This document shows positions 1-8,711 of a stretch of 37,954 bases of DNA, piece by piece (the first letter of the stretch is position 1; every line of letters starts with the position of its first letter). Origin of the DNA: a virus (taxonomy: Duplodnaviria; Caudoviricetes); the IMG/VR virus record IMGVR_UViG_3300027798_002114, positions 1 through 37,954 of that record; one strand, given 5' to 3'. The notes beneath the pieces were generated by a model. It did not search any database and was not told the DNA's origin. It saw only the letters and a list, made by a program, of their open reading frames with translations. The translations under genes were made by a program, and so were the position numbers.

Positions 1-42
1 ACTACTATAAATTTTAGTTCCTATACGTCCTTAAAAATAATT

Positions 43-624
43 GTGAAAGATATCAAGAATCTATTGTTCTGTCCCATTGATCTCGAAGTTCCAAATTTTG
101 GAATTTATGAACTGGGAGTTACAGCTCAAAAAAGTCCTACACAGGCCAGATACTGGAATGTGGAATATCTTTGTTCTAATTATGTGTGGCGTGACAGTAT
201 AGACTATCCAAGGCAACATTTAAAAGAATGGTTATTATCAAATGTACCATTTTCTCAGATCGAAATCGTTAGACTAAATGAACAGATTTACGCAGCTAGC
301 CCGCATGTTGACCATGCTCCGAATCGATTTTCAAAAGAATTTGTAACTAACCAATTAGAAACAGAACCTTCCGGTTATCGATTAGTACTAAAGGGAGACC
401 TTAATGCTCTCAAAATACACTATTCTGGAAAAATCATAGATGGTTCTGTTTCTAGCGTCCCCGGAGTATACCTGATAAACTCTATGGAATGTGTACATCA
501 ATTACTGAGAGATGAAAATCGCATTTCTGTTTACCTTAGAGGTACTGTTGATCAAGACAAGCACAATGATTTAATAAAACGAAGTTTAGAAAAATACGAC
601 AAACATGCTATTTGGAAACATTAA
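43..624 (+). CDS. Hypothetical protein, possible 2OG-Fe(II)/cupin-type oxygenase
   Basis: 193-aa ORF with a GTG start. HxD (PHVDH), distal H (CVH) and a downstream R (NRISVYL) fit the double-stranded beta-helix pattern. Confidence 0.45.
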   Translation: MKDIKNLLFCPIDLEVPNFGIYELGVTAQKSPTQARYWNVEYLCSNYVWRDSIDYPRQHLKEWLLSNVPFSQIEIVRLNEQIYAASPHVDHAPNRFSKEFVTNQLETEPSGYRLVLKGDLNALKIHYSGKIIDGSVSSVPGVYLINSMECVHQLLRDENRISVYLRGTVDQDKHNDLIKRSLEKYDKHAIWKH

Positions 625-657
625 TGGCAATACTATAACTGTTCATCAACGGATTTA

Positions 658-1521
658 TTATATATTTTTAAGGAATAATCGTTGATCAACTATTGTCTTT
701 AATGGAACACCGTGTAATTTAGATTTTGAAAATGCATCGTTGATTGGGTCGTAATTGACCCAAGTTCCAAAACCGAGAACTAAATGTATACGTTCTATGG
801 CACAAGGTTTAGTTACTGTAACCCTATGAGGTATGCGAGTATTCCATATATATACTTTCCCCACTTCAAGATGTTCAGTCATTACTAATGAATTTCCGTA
901 TTCATCGTTACCTTTAATTTCTAAAACGTGTTCTTTTGAAGTTTGTAATGGAATGTTTATACGAAACATATGAAATGGTGGTTCGTCAACATGCCAGCTA
1001 TCGAGTAAGTTAGGAATATATTTCAATGTAGAAAATGCTGCTCTACTTCGTAATAATGGGCAATAAAAATGAGAGAATAGATTACCTAGATGTTCTTCAA
1101 CTATATCGGGTGTTTTTCTAAATGCATACGTATCGTAATAGGTGTTTCTAATCGATTTCACAGCAGCTACCCCACGCTGTCTTCCAAAATTTTGTTTTAA
1201 GAATTTTGATCCCCAAGTTTGATGATAAACACTAGCCATTTTATCATGGAAATCTGGATTGTATGTTAAACTAAAGCCTTTGTATGTCGGGCTTGCAATG
1301 CCATTTGTAACCCAACCCTGCAACCCAACCTTATCTTTAATTGCTAATGTGGCTGCTAATAGTTTATCAGCAGGTGGAAGTCCTAATTCATCTAGTGTGA
1401 ATTCTTTAAATAAAAAATCTTTTAATGATTCTTGTACTAACTGATTTGAAAAAATCTCATTGTTAGTAAGATAGCCAATTATATCTTGTTCTTGATTAAT
1501 CTTATCTATGCAATATATCAT
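658..1521 (-). CDS. Aspartyl/asparaginyl beta-hydroxylase-like 2OG-Fe(II) oxygenase
   Basis: WHVDE...RINIPL...WNTRIPHRV...RIHLV motif order. Confidence 0.6.
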   Translation of the reverse strand: MIYCIDKINQEQDIIGYLTNNEIFSNQLVQESLKDFLFKEFTLDELGLPPADKLLAATLAIKDKVGLQGWVTNGIASPTYKGFSLTYNPDFHDKMASVYHQTWGSKFLKQNFGRQRGVAAVKSIRNTYYDTYAFRKTPDIVEEHLGNLFSHFYCPLLRSRAAFSTLKYIPNLLDSWHVDEPPFHMFRINIPLQTSKEHVLEIKGNDEYGNSLVMTEHLEVGKVYIWNTRIPHRVTVTKPCAIERIHLVLGFGTWVNYDPINDAFSKSKLHGVPLKTIVDQRLFLKNI

Positions 1522-2345
1522 AATCCAAGTTCTTTACGTATACTAGTAGCACTGATATCAGTTATAGATTTATCAAACTGTTCTTGTTCAATTTTATAAC
1601 CAACATCACGACCATAGGTAATGTTTACAATGTTAGGAACAACCTGTATTTCATATTGCCCTTGATACAACATGTCAAGATCACGTTTAATAAAGTTCTT
1701 AACTTTGTCTATCTCAAAAGGGTTGCTACCTTGCCATCCTTGACAATCACGAATTTGAATAACAACTTGCCCCGTCTTAGCAATAGCACGTTCGAATAGG
1801 GCACGATGTCCTTCATGCCACGGCTGCCAACGGCCTAACATTTGTACTGTTTCTTTTTTCCAATCAAATACAGGACGTCTGCGATTATCTATAATGTGTG
1901 CGGCAACAAACTCTCCCCACTTTTCTGCTTTCTGTTCTGTAATTCTAAAATCATACACCTCAGGAGGAATAAATGCCTTGTTGGTATCTTCGTAACGACC
2001 TTTATCAATAGTATCAACCCAAATAGTCCAGTCTGCTTTAAAGTTGTTGCGCATTTCAACAAGTGGTGCAACAAAGTCACAGATAATATAATCATATTCT
2101 GTCATCGAATCTGCTAGTTCACGCATACGATGACTTTGACGGATACGACCTTCTGTGCTAAAATCCCAGTCATTATATTTTTTACGAACATCATCAGCGT
2201 TTAACCAACCAACTTTAACTTTAGTAAGTGGTGTTAAAGATAATTCGTTGACTTTATACGAATCTTGTAGATGTTCTAAAATATGTTGAGCTAATGTAGT
2301 CTTACCTGCGCCAGGCAGGCCCATGATTAAAATACGTTGTGGCAT
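1518..2345 (-). CDS. Adenylylsulfate-kinase-like P-loop domain fused to a HIGH-family (cytidyltransferase-like) domain
   Basis: GLPGAGKT Walker A, LNADDVR; C-terminal GRWQPWHEGH and ISATSIR. GGAG RBS before the ATG at 2345. Confidence 0.75.
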   Translation of the reverse strand: MPQRILIMGLPGAGKTTLAQHILEHLQDSYKVNELSLTPLTKVKVGWLNADDVRKKYNDWDFSTEGRIRQSHRMRELADSMTEYDYIICDFVAPLVEMRNNFKADWTIWVDTIDKGRYEDTNKAFIPPEVYDFRITEQKAEKWGEFVAAHIIDNRRRPVFDWKKETVQMLGRWQPWHEGHRALFERAIAKTGQVVIQIRDCQGWQGSNPFEIDKVKNFIKRDLDMLYQGQYEIQVVPNIVNITYGRDVGYKIEQEQFDKSITDISATSIRKELGL

Positions 2346-2356
2346 GTTATTCTCCA

Positions 2357-2386
2357 AAATAAAAGGAACCTTAGTTCCTTTTATTT
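2357..2386 (-). terminator. Intrinsic terminator-like hairpin after ahpD
   Basis: AAATAAAAGGAAC/GTTCCTTTTATTT inverted repeat. Confidence 0.6.
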
Positions 2387-2399
2387 AAGTCTTAACAAA

Positions 2400-2906
2400 T
2401 CAGCTGTTTAACACTTTGGCAACACTATTCATAACAGAAGCGATTCTGCCAATGTCACGCAGGTTTTCTACAGTGTAGCCTTCTGCCTTGAGTGTATCAT
2501 AATGTGCTTTCACACAAAAGTGACACTTGCCAACAATACTTGCGGCAAGACTGAACGCTTCAAAGTTGGCCTTGGTTGTTCCGCCATGTGACGCAATAGC
2601 GTTCATACGTAATTGTGCTGGTAATCCTTTTAGACTAGCATCATCAGCCATTTCAACATATGGATACCAAACGTTGTTCTGTGCCATAATACTTGCGGCT
2701 GTCATTGCTGACTCTGCGTGTACTGGAGCATCAGAAAGTATTACTGATAAGATCTTTCCGTTGCCTGTTGCGGCGAGTGCGGCTACAGCACAACCCATAG
2801 CCACATCCGCATCTAATGTACTACGCAAAAGTACAGCGTCAAGATTTAACTTAGTGTCCTTTGCGTAGTCTGGCAACGCACCTTTTACTGATTCAATAAA
2901 ACTCAT
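2400..2906 (-). CDS. ahpD: Alkyl hydroperoxide reductase D
   Basis: MAQNNVWY, SLAASIVGKCHFCVKAH (CxxC); lies near ahpC. Confidence 0.92.
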   Translation of the reverse strand: MSFIESVKGALPDYAKDTKLNLDAVLLRSTLDADVAMGCAVAALAATGNGKILSVILSDAPVHAESAMTAASIMAQNNVWYPYVEMADDASLKGLPAQLRMNAIASHGGTTKANFEAFSLAASIVGKCHFCVKAHYDTLKAEGYTVENLRDIGRIASVMNSVAKVLNS

Positions 2907-2908
2907 AG

Positions 2909-3097
2909 TTATGCTCCGTAGTAAGTGTTTGCATCTTCTTCAGCAAGTTCAGGAGTGTTCCAAACATTACGGTTGTTCCACTCTTTGATTCTCTGCAAAC
3001 GTTCTTGTTCTGTTAGCTCGTAGCATCTGGGCAGTTGATCAGGTTGACGCATCAACGGATACTTATGATTTGCTGTGCGGCTAAAGAATTTTAGCAT
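2909..3097 (-). CDS. Small hypothetical protein between ahpC and ahpD
   Basis: Start overlaps the ahpC stop (TAATG) and the ORF fills the gap. Confidence 0.6.
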   Translation of the reverse strand: MLKFFSRTANHKYPLMRQPDQLPRCYELTEQERLQRIKEWNNRNVWNTPELAEEDANTYYGA

Positions 3098-3636
3098 TAT
3101 AGTGTCTCGCCGCCAACAGTGCGGTTACAAGCACATAGTTCGCCAGTTTGTAGCGCATCAAGAACACGAAGTGTTTCTTCTGGGCTACGACCAACGTTCA
3201 AGTTGTTAACTGTAACGTGTTGAATTTCATTGCTTGGGTCAACAATGAATGTAGCACGTAATGCCGCACCTGCTGGAGCATACATTACACCAAGTTGCTC
3301 AATCAATGACAACTCACCACGCTGTGTATCAGCGAACTGGTGATGTGTAATTTTTTGTAGATCTGAGTGTGCTTTTTGCCATGCTACTTTACAGAACTCG
3401 TTGTCTGTTGAACCTGTTAATAAGATAGCATCGCGATCAGCAAAGTCTTGTGCCAATTTGTCGTAGGCTACAATCTCTGTTGGGCATACGAATGTAAAAT
3501 CTTTTGGATAGTAAACGATTACTTTCCACTTGCCTTCAAAACTATTTTCTGTAATAGTATAGAATGCATCTTCTGGTTGTCCTGGCTTAACACCTGTGAC
3601 TGCGAATGCTGTTAATTTATCACCAACTGTTTTCAT
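3097..3636 (-). CDS. ahpC: 2-Cys peroxiredoxin AhpC
   Basis: YPKDFTFVCPTE, RATFIVDP, GELCAC; AGGAGA RBS. Confidence 0.95.
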   Translation of the reverse strand: MKTVGDKLTAFAVTGVKPGQPEDAFYTITENSFEGKWKVIVYYPKDFTFVCPTEIVAYDKLAQDFADRDAILLTGSTDNEFCKVAWQKAHSDLQKITHHQFADTQRGELSLIEQLGVMYAPAGAALRATFIVDPSNEIQHVTVNNLNVGRSPEETLRVLDALQTGELCACNRTVGGETL

Positions 3637-3784
3637 AATATCTCCTTTGTGTGTGTTTGAAAACTATAATAGAACACTGTTGTTCATGTTACTATTATAC
3701 ATTTATTTACGCTATAAATCAATGGTTTTCCATTAGTTTTACCTAATATTTTTTAATAGCGGCAATAGGAAAAATTAATAATAG

Positions 3785-3806
3785 AAAAGGCCCCGAAGAG
3801 CCTTTT
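3785..3806 (-). terminator. Intrinsic terminator
   Basis: AAAAGGC...GCCTTTT hairpin downstream of the S-layer-like gene. Confidence 0.6.
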
Positions 3807-3822
3807 ATTAAATCAATTTTGA

Positions 3823-4722
3823 TTATCCAACTACTGGAGTATACTCAATACCAGTTGTTGCTAAACCAACCAACCCAATAGTAGTTTCAAACGCAGCCAA
3901 CTCACTGGCAGCAACTAAAACATCAGCTTGGCTTAGGTTGCTGTTGGTCATCCATGATGTGTAGTCTGTGACCTGTGTCAATGTAGCATCAGTGCCAAAT
4001 ACGTTTTTGTAAACGTGTTTGATGAATGTTTCATTGCTAACACCACCTGCATCTGTTTTGTAAACATCTGTAGATAACAGGGCTTCTGCCAACTGCTTGT
4101 TTGTCCAACCTTTGTCAGCAAGATCAATACCAATACCTGTGTAGGCTTTAGTAACGTCTGTGGTACCAAGTGCGGCTGCTAACAATGCATATACATCGCC
4201 TGCACGGCCTGCGGCATCATAGGCAACGGCTTTGTCTGTGAATACAACACGTTCGTGATTAGCAAGATTGAATTCCATGTTGCTGACCAATGTGCTGGCT
4301 AACTTTACATTGTCAGCAGTTTTAGTAACTGTGAACTCTGTGCTTTTACCACCCATTGCATAAGTGTCAACACCTGTGGTGCCAGTAACGTCAACGGTAA
4401 TGTCAACAGTGCCATCTCCTGCACGACCTGTACCCACTACACCAAAGGTAGCAATCTTACCAGCAGTACCAACTGTGGCTACAGTAACGATTAGATTGTT
4501 GGCTACAGTACCGCCTAGTGCAGTACCAGCAAGAGTGATTGTGTCACCTGCTACATAACCTGTACCTGCACTGGCTGCTAGACTGTCAAGAACAACTGAA
4601 TATGTTCCGTCAGTTTTTGTAACATCAAATGTAGCACCATCTCCGCTGCCGCCTGTTAAGCCTGTAACATTTTGGTAAGTTGTGTTTACTGATTTGTCTT
4701 TGATTGTAATTGTAGTTGTCAT
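3823..4722 (-). CDS. Thr/Gly-rich surface/S-layer-like protein with a C-terminal DUF4214-like domain
   Basis: TGVDT...ERVVFTDKAVAYD and SNETFIKHVYKNVFG...SQADVLVAASE resemble proteobacterial RTX/S-layer DUF4214 proteins; no Sec signal peptide. Confidence 0.65.
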   Translation of the reverse strand: MTTTITIKDKSVNTTYQNVTGLTGGSGDGATFDVTKTDGTYSVVLDSLAASAGTGYVAGDTITLAGTALGGTVANNLIVTVATVGTAGKIATFGVVGTGRAGDGTVDITVDVTGTTGVDTYAMGGKSTEFTVTKTADNVKLASTLVSNMEFNLANHERVVFTDKAVAYDAAGRAGDVYALLAAALGTTDVTKAYTGIGIDLADKGWTNKQLAEALLSTDVYKTDAGGVSNETFIKHVYKNVFGTDATLTQVTDYTSWMTNSNLSQADVLVAASELAAFETTIGLVGLATTGIEYTPVVG

Positions 4723-4847
4723 AATTTTCCTTTAATAATATGAGTCATAAACTTAATTAGTGGTTTATACTAATATTATACACAGTTCTGACGGCAAAAC
4801 ATGTGCGTGTGCGCACAACTTCGATAAGAAAGATAGGAAATGTAGCC

Positions 4848-4873
4848 AAAAAGATAGGCTCCGAAGAGCCTAT
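4848..4873 (-). terminator. Terminator downstream of the tmRNA coding piece
   Basis: ATAGGCTC-TTCG-GAGCCTAT (UUCG loop on minus) followed by a U run. Confidence 0.75.
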
Positions 4874-4874
4874 G

Positions 4875-5262
4875 GTTGTTTATTTTACAAGGTAAGTCCT
4901 ACCCCGGAGTTGCAGTTTCTTAGGCTGCCATTTCAAATTGCTCGTCATTCATTGCTGAAATGTTGAAGTCAACTGTGAAATACTCGAATGTATCTGCGTT
5001 TGCATTTACGTTTTTTGCTTGATTTACGGTCATCGCCTACCGTGTTGCCGTCTCTAACTATTTGCCCAATCGATTACCGGAGCAGGCCCAACTAAGTATT
5101 TTCTCACCAAATGGTGGAAATAATGAGAATCAAACTCATATCTATAGATTCGGAGTCAGTATGTTCTGTCATTGAACTATATTCCCGAAAATACTTAGGT
5201 GGACCTGGCGAGATTCGAACTCGCGTCTTGAACACATCCTCTTTGAAGGGATTACAACAATA
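4875..5262 (-). ncRNA. ssrA: Circularly permuted (two-piece) tmRNA
   Basis: Acceptor piece first (GACGCGAGTTCGAATCTCGCCAGGTCCACC, ending 5198), then an intervening segment, then the 5' piece GGGCCTG (from 5089). The stem GGGCCUG/CAGGUCC has a G3:U70 pair. Tag ORF 5003-4920 reads ANADTFEYFTVDFNISAMNDEQFEMAA*. Outer ends approximate. Confidence 0.9.
5112..5186 (-). tRNA. Degenerate tRNA-like element (anticodon CCG, Arg) inside the tmRNA intervening segment
   Basis: GGGAATA/TATTTCC-A-CCA acceptor, GTTC/GAAC D arm, CTCCGAA loop, ATGAG-TTTGATT-CTCAT T arm. The anticodon stem is mismatched and the T loop has TTT instead of TTC. Confidence 0.65.
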
Positions 5263-5268
5263 ACTGTT

Positions 5269-5297
5269 ATTATAACAGTCCTTGTATTTATACGCAA
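5269..5297 (-). promoter_or_regulatory. Sigma70-type promoter (TTGCGT-N17-TATAAT) overlapping a T4-type late promoter TATAAATA (5292-5285), driving the tmRNA
   Basis: Exact 17-nt spacing; exact T4 late consensus. Confidence 0.7.
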
Positions 5298-5329
5298 GCA
5301 TTTTGGTAAATATATTTGTAGGAGCGAAT

Positions 5330-5485
5330 ATGGAGCTAATTCTAAGCATATTTCTAGTTGGGTTTAATCCCAACGAGCCAAAGTGTGTTAGATGGTCCTG
5401 GACTGGCGATGTTTACAGTAGAAAAGTCGTGTGCCTGGAGTGGGCAAGGCTTCCGCCCACAGATAAGGAGCCAAAGAAAAAATGA
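5330..5485 (+). CDS. Small hypothetical protein
   Basis: AGGAG RBS before the ATG at 5330; TAAATA at 5307; stop overlaps the next start (ATGA). Confidence 0.6.
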   Translation: MELILSIFLVGFNPNEPKCVRWSWTGDVYSRKVVCLEWARLPPTDKEPKKK

Positions 5486-5979
5486 TTGATCCACTAACAG
5501 CACTTGCAGGTATACAATCTGCAATCAGCATGGTTAAAAAAGCTAGCCAAGTAGCTAACGATCTTGGCTCTCTTGCGCCCATGATTGGCAAGATGTTTGA
5601 TGCCAAGAGTACAGCAACCAAAGCATTGATAGAGGCCAAGAAGTCCAAGAAAGGTTCCAACATGGGAACTGCACTTCAGATCGAAATGGCTCTGGAGCAG
5701 GCTAGGGCCTTTGAAGAAGAACTCAAGATGCTGTTCATGCAGACAGGCAAAATTGATGTCTGGAATAAGATCAAAGCTCGTCAAGCCGAAATGGATGCAG
5801 ACGATGCTAATGATATAAGACTTCATAACGCACAAGAACGAGCACGTAAGCAAAAAGAACAAGAGTTAAACGAATGGGCAGTAATTATAGGCGCAGTTTC
5901 ATTTATTTTATTCATAATGTTTATTGGTGGTTATGAACTAATGAAGTTCTGCGAAACAGGCAACAGGTGTGGAAGATGA
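5482..5979 (+). CDS. Coiled-coil membrane protein
   Basis: 165 aa, MIDPLT N-terminus, C-terminal TM helix. Confidence 0.75.
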   Translation: MIDPLTALAGIQSAISMVKKASQVANDLGSLAPMIGKMFDAKSTATKALIEAKKSKKGSNMGTALQIEMALEQARAFEEELKMLFMQTGKIDVWNKIKARQAEMDADDANDIRLHNAQERARKQKEQELNEWAVIIGAVSFILFIMFIGGYELMKFCETGNRCGR

Positions 5980-6128
5980 ACGAATACCAAAAAACATTTG
6001 ATATGTGCCTAAAGATATTTGTTTACGGCTGTGTAGCTTTATACTTCCTAGGTTTTTTAAAATTCTTACCTGATGACCTATCTGATAAAATAGTTAATGG
6101 TTTAATAGGTAGATTTTTACCTGGTTAG
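5976..6128 (+). CDS. Small membrane protein (50 aa), not in the ORF track
   Basis: MNEYQKTFDMCLKIFVYGCVALYFLGFLKFLPDDLSDKIVNGLIGRFLPG; ATGA overlap with the upstream gene. Confidence 0.6.
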   Translation: MNEYQKTFDMCLKIFVYGCVALYFLGFLKFLPDDLSDKIVNGLIGRFLPG

Positions 6129-6136
6129 GAAATGAT

Positions 6137-6226
6137 ATGTACGGCGAACGCATTTATAATATAGTATGCGGAGTAATAATAGTTGCAGGAATTATTGCAA
6201 TTATCTGTTATGTAATTTTAAAATAA
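6137..6226 (+). CDS. Possible 29-aa single-TM peptide
   Basis: MYGERIYNIVCGVIIVAGIIAIICYVILK; AGGA upstream. Confidence 0.4.
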   Translation: MYGERIYNIVCGVIIVAGIIAIICYVILK

Positions 6227-6245
6227 ATAGTTAGTTACAAAAAAA

Positions 6246-6866
6246 TTATTTGTTTGCTAATGGATTGTCAATGGCTTTTTGTATCTTGCTATCAACTTCA
6301 CGCTTTAGTGTTTCTACTTCACGGTTGATTTCTCTGCGAGCCGCAGTAAATTCACTGTTAATTTCTTTACGTGTTGCTTCCATATCCCTGCGAATTGCAG
6401 CCGCTTCAGTCCTGGCTCTCTCTAGGTCTTCACGCACAGCCTTACGCATATCACGCATCTCTAATTCAGTTTCGCGTTGTGCTGTTTTGACACTGCGTTC
6501 TACTTGCTCGGTCACAGTTTCATTACGACGAATATCATTCTTCAAGTCAGTTTTGATATCACGAGTATAGTCGCTGGTCTTGCTGGAATTTTCTTCTATC
6601 ACAGCTAAACGCTTGTCAAACTCACTTAGGTCTGGTGCCGCATATTCAGCAATCTTTTTCTTCATACCAACGTAGTCTTTGTAGACTTCAAATGTGCCAT
6701 AAAGTCCACCTAGAATAGATGATACAATAGTGGCAGCCACCATTAGTTTAGCAGGTGTAAACTCGTAGCCACCAATACTGATAACAGTATCTTTGCTGGC
6801 ATACTTTTTTGCGGCTGCTTCAAGTTCATCAACTTTAGCGTTTACATTTTTAATTTCTTCTCCCAT
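6246..6866 (-). CDS. Membrane-anchored coiled-coil protein
   Basis: TM near residues 40-60, long heptad region, LDNPL-like C-terminus. Confidence 0.75.
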   Translation of the reverse strand: MGEEIKNVNAKVDELEAAAKKYASKDTVISIGGYEFTPAKLMVAATIVSSILGGLYGTFEVYKDYVGMKKKIAEYAAPDLSEFDKRLAVIEENSSKTSDYTRDIKTDLKNDIRRNETVTEQVERSVKTAQRETELEMRDMRKAVREDLERARTEAAAIRRDMEATRKEINSEFTAARREINREVETLKREVDSKIQKAIDNPLANK

Positions 6867-6875
6867 TTTATTTCC

Positions 6876-8711
6876 TTATTTGTATTGTAGATTAATCATG
6901 TCTTGATGTAGTTTATCCGAACTCATTTGTCTTAATACTCTTGTATTATCGATTATCTTTTGATTCTTATAAATTTCTTTTGGTGCATAGAATGCAACAT
7001 CTAGAATCGCAGTAAAATATTGTGCATAATTTTCAGGTTGTTTTGCAATCGATTCGATAGTTATGTTGCCTGCGGCTTCATTGTTTTGTACATTCTTTTT
7101 AACTGTATCATTCTGTTCGGAGCCATTGTTCATTTGCGATAAGAATGGTTTAGATTCCATAGCATTGTCAACTGGACCTCTATATCCAAATTTGATTCCT
7201 TCTGTCGATGGCAATTCAATTTGAACTGGTGCATATCTTGTCGGCGCAACTAAACTGTAAGATATTTGTGGTGTTACCATTGCAACATTAAACTCTTGTC
7301 TTGCAATATTTTGAATATTGTATTGCTGTTGTTGAGTTGTTGCGCTAGAAGTAACTATATCAGATTGCATACTCATGCTACCACTATTGATAGACTGTTG
7401 AAGTCTCGCAGAGTTTGATGCAGAGTTTCCTTGTTGATTGCCTTGCATTGATATAGATGATCCTTGCAATTGGGTAACCGATTGTGTGCCCGATGCGAGT
7501 GCTGTTCCTGTTTGTGATGAACCACCACTATTTGCAATGCTTTGAGATTGTACATCACCAGCAAGTTTTTCAGCATTTTGCTTTGCAGTCTCGCCTGCAG
7601 AGAACGCCTGTGCATCAGCCGCTTGTACTACAGATTTTTCTAGTGCCGCAGTTTTCTCTTGGTTTGAACCAATCATACTAAGAACTGACGATAGAGATAC
7701 TGTAGTCTTTGAACCACCACCCGAGTCTGATACTTCACCAATTTTAGTTTGTGGACTAGTTGCGCTTGGTTGTGATGCCGCTACTTGTTGTTGAATGGGA
7801 CTAGGCGCACCTGCTGGCGCTGGTCCTGCTTGTTGCATAGGTTGCGGTGCTTGAATATTGTCCAACGGAGCAGGACTTCCAGGTGGTGGGGGTGGTTGAC
7901 TTCCTGGTGGAGGTGCTGGCTGTCCAGATTGTATAGTCGAGTCTGCAAGTATTGGAGGTGGCGGTGCCACCTCCGTAACTACAGTCGGTGCAATAGGTGC
8001 AGGCGCAAGTTTAGCAAGTGCATCAAAATAACCAGGACAAGTTGGACTACTCAAAATATTTGTTGCACATGGGTCTACAGAATACTTCAGACTAAAATTT
8101 ACATTGTAAATTTCAGGACCATAAGGGCCAGCCCAGAAGTTATTGTCTCTTCCAACAAAACCATATTGAACACTTCCTAAATCTTTAGATGCAAAAGGAC
8201 TATTAAATGTTTCGGAATAGTTAAATGTTGTCCAGTTAAATCTAGAATTTAAATCATAGTTTTTATTGAATACTGTAGAACCGTTTGTACCATATAAACT
8301 AACATAAGCAGTAAGATAGTCCATTCTTCCATCATCCCATCCATTTCCGTTCTTAGCAGTAAATCCAAAATTATATCCGCTTACTAAAAGCCCAGTTCCG
8401 CTGTTTGGTAGAACATTAGCAATTGCTTGCATTTGATATAGATTGGTCATACCATATGAAAAGTTAATGCTATCTCCAGGACGCACAATTGCATTCGGCC
8501 CACAGTAACCAGGATCACCCCATCCCCAACATGTAAGATTGTTTTGATAGACACCATTCACCCAAGGCGTAGGTCCACCTTGGGGAGTTGTCTGTACAAT
8601 ATTCCCTGTAGTATAGACTTGCGTTGGGTCTAGTGTTTGCGCTTTACTTAAAAGCGGCGTGAACAATAATGCCAAGCAAAGAGCCAAAGCCAATATTTTT
8701 AACAGTTTCAT
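6876..8711 (-). CDS. Secreted protein: beta-rich N-terminal domain, Cys motif, Pro-rich linker, Ser/Gln-rich tail
   Basis: Signal peptide MKLLKILALALCLALL; DPCATNILSSPTCPGY. Confidence 0.75.
   Translation of the reverse strand: MKLLKILALALCLALLFTPLLSKAQTLDPTQVYTTGNIVQTTPQGGPTPWVNGVYQNNLTCWGWGDPGYCGPNAIVRPGDSINFSYGMTNLYQMQAIANVLPNSGTGLLVSGYNFGFTAKNGNGWDDGRMDYLTAYVSLYGTNGSTVFNKNYDLNSRFNWTTFNYSETFNSPFASKDLGSVQYGFVGRDNNFWAGPYGPEIYNVNFSLKYSVDPCATNILSSPTCPGYFDALAKLAPAPIAPTVVTEVAPPPPILADSTIQSGQPAPPPGSQPPPPPGSPAPLDNIQAPQPMQQAGPAPAGAPSPIQQQVAASQPSATSPQTKIGEVSDSGGGSKTTVSLSSVLSMIGSNQEKTAALEKSVVQAADAQAFSAGETAKQNAEKLAGDVQSQSIANSGGSSQTGTALASGTQSVTQLQGSSISMQGNQQGNSASNSARLQQSINSGSMSMQSDIVTSSATTQQQQYNIQNIARQEFNVAMVTPQISYSLVAPTRYAPVQIELPSTEGIKFGYRGPVDNAMESKPFLSQMNNGSEQNDTVKKNVQNNEAAGNITIESIAKQPENYAQYFTAILDVAFYAPKEIYKNQKIIDNTRVLRQMSSDKLHQDMINLQYK

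Noticed and set aside
5104-5373. 89-aa minus ORF, and the 4760-4966 plus ORF
   Set aside because: They overlap the tmRNA, tRNA-like element and terminator, and have no RBS or recognisable motif.
6804-6810. In-frame A_AAA_AAG near the start of 6246-6866
   Set aside because: The -1 frame stops within about 20 codons and there is no obvious stimulatory hairpin.
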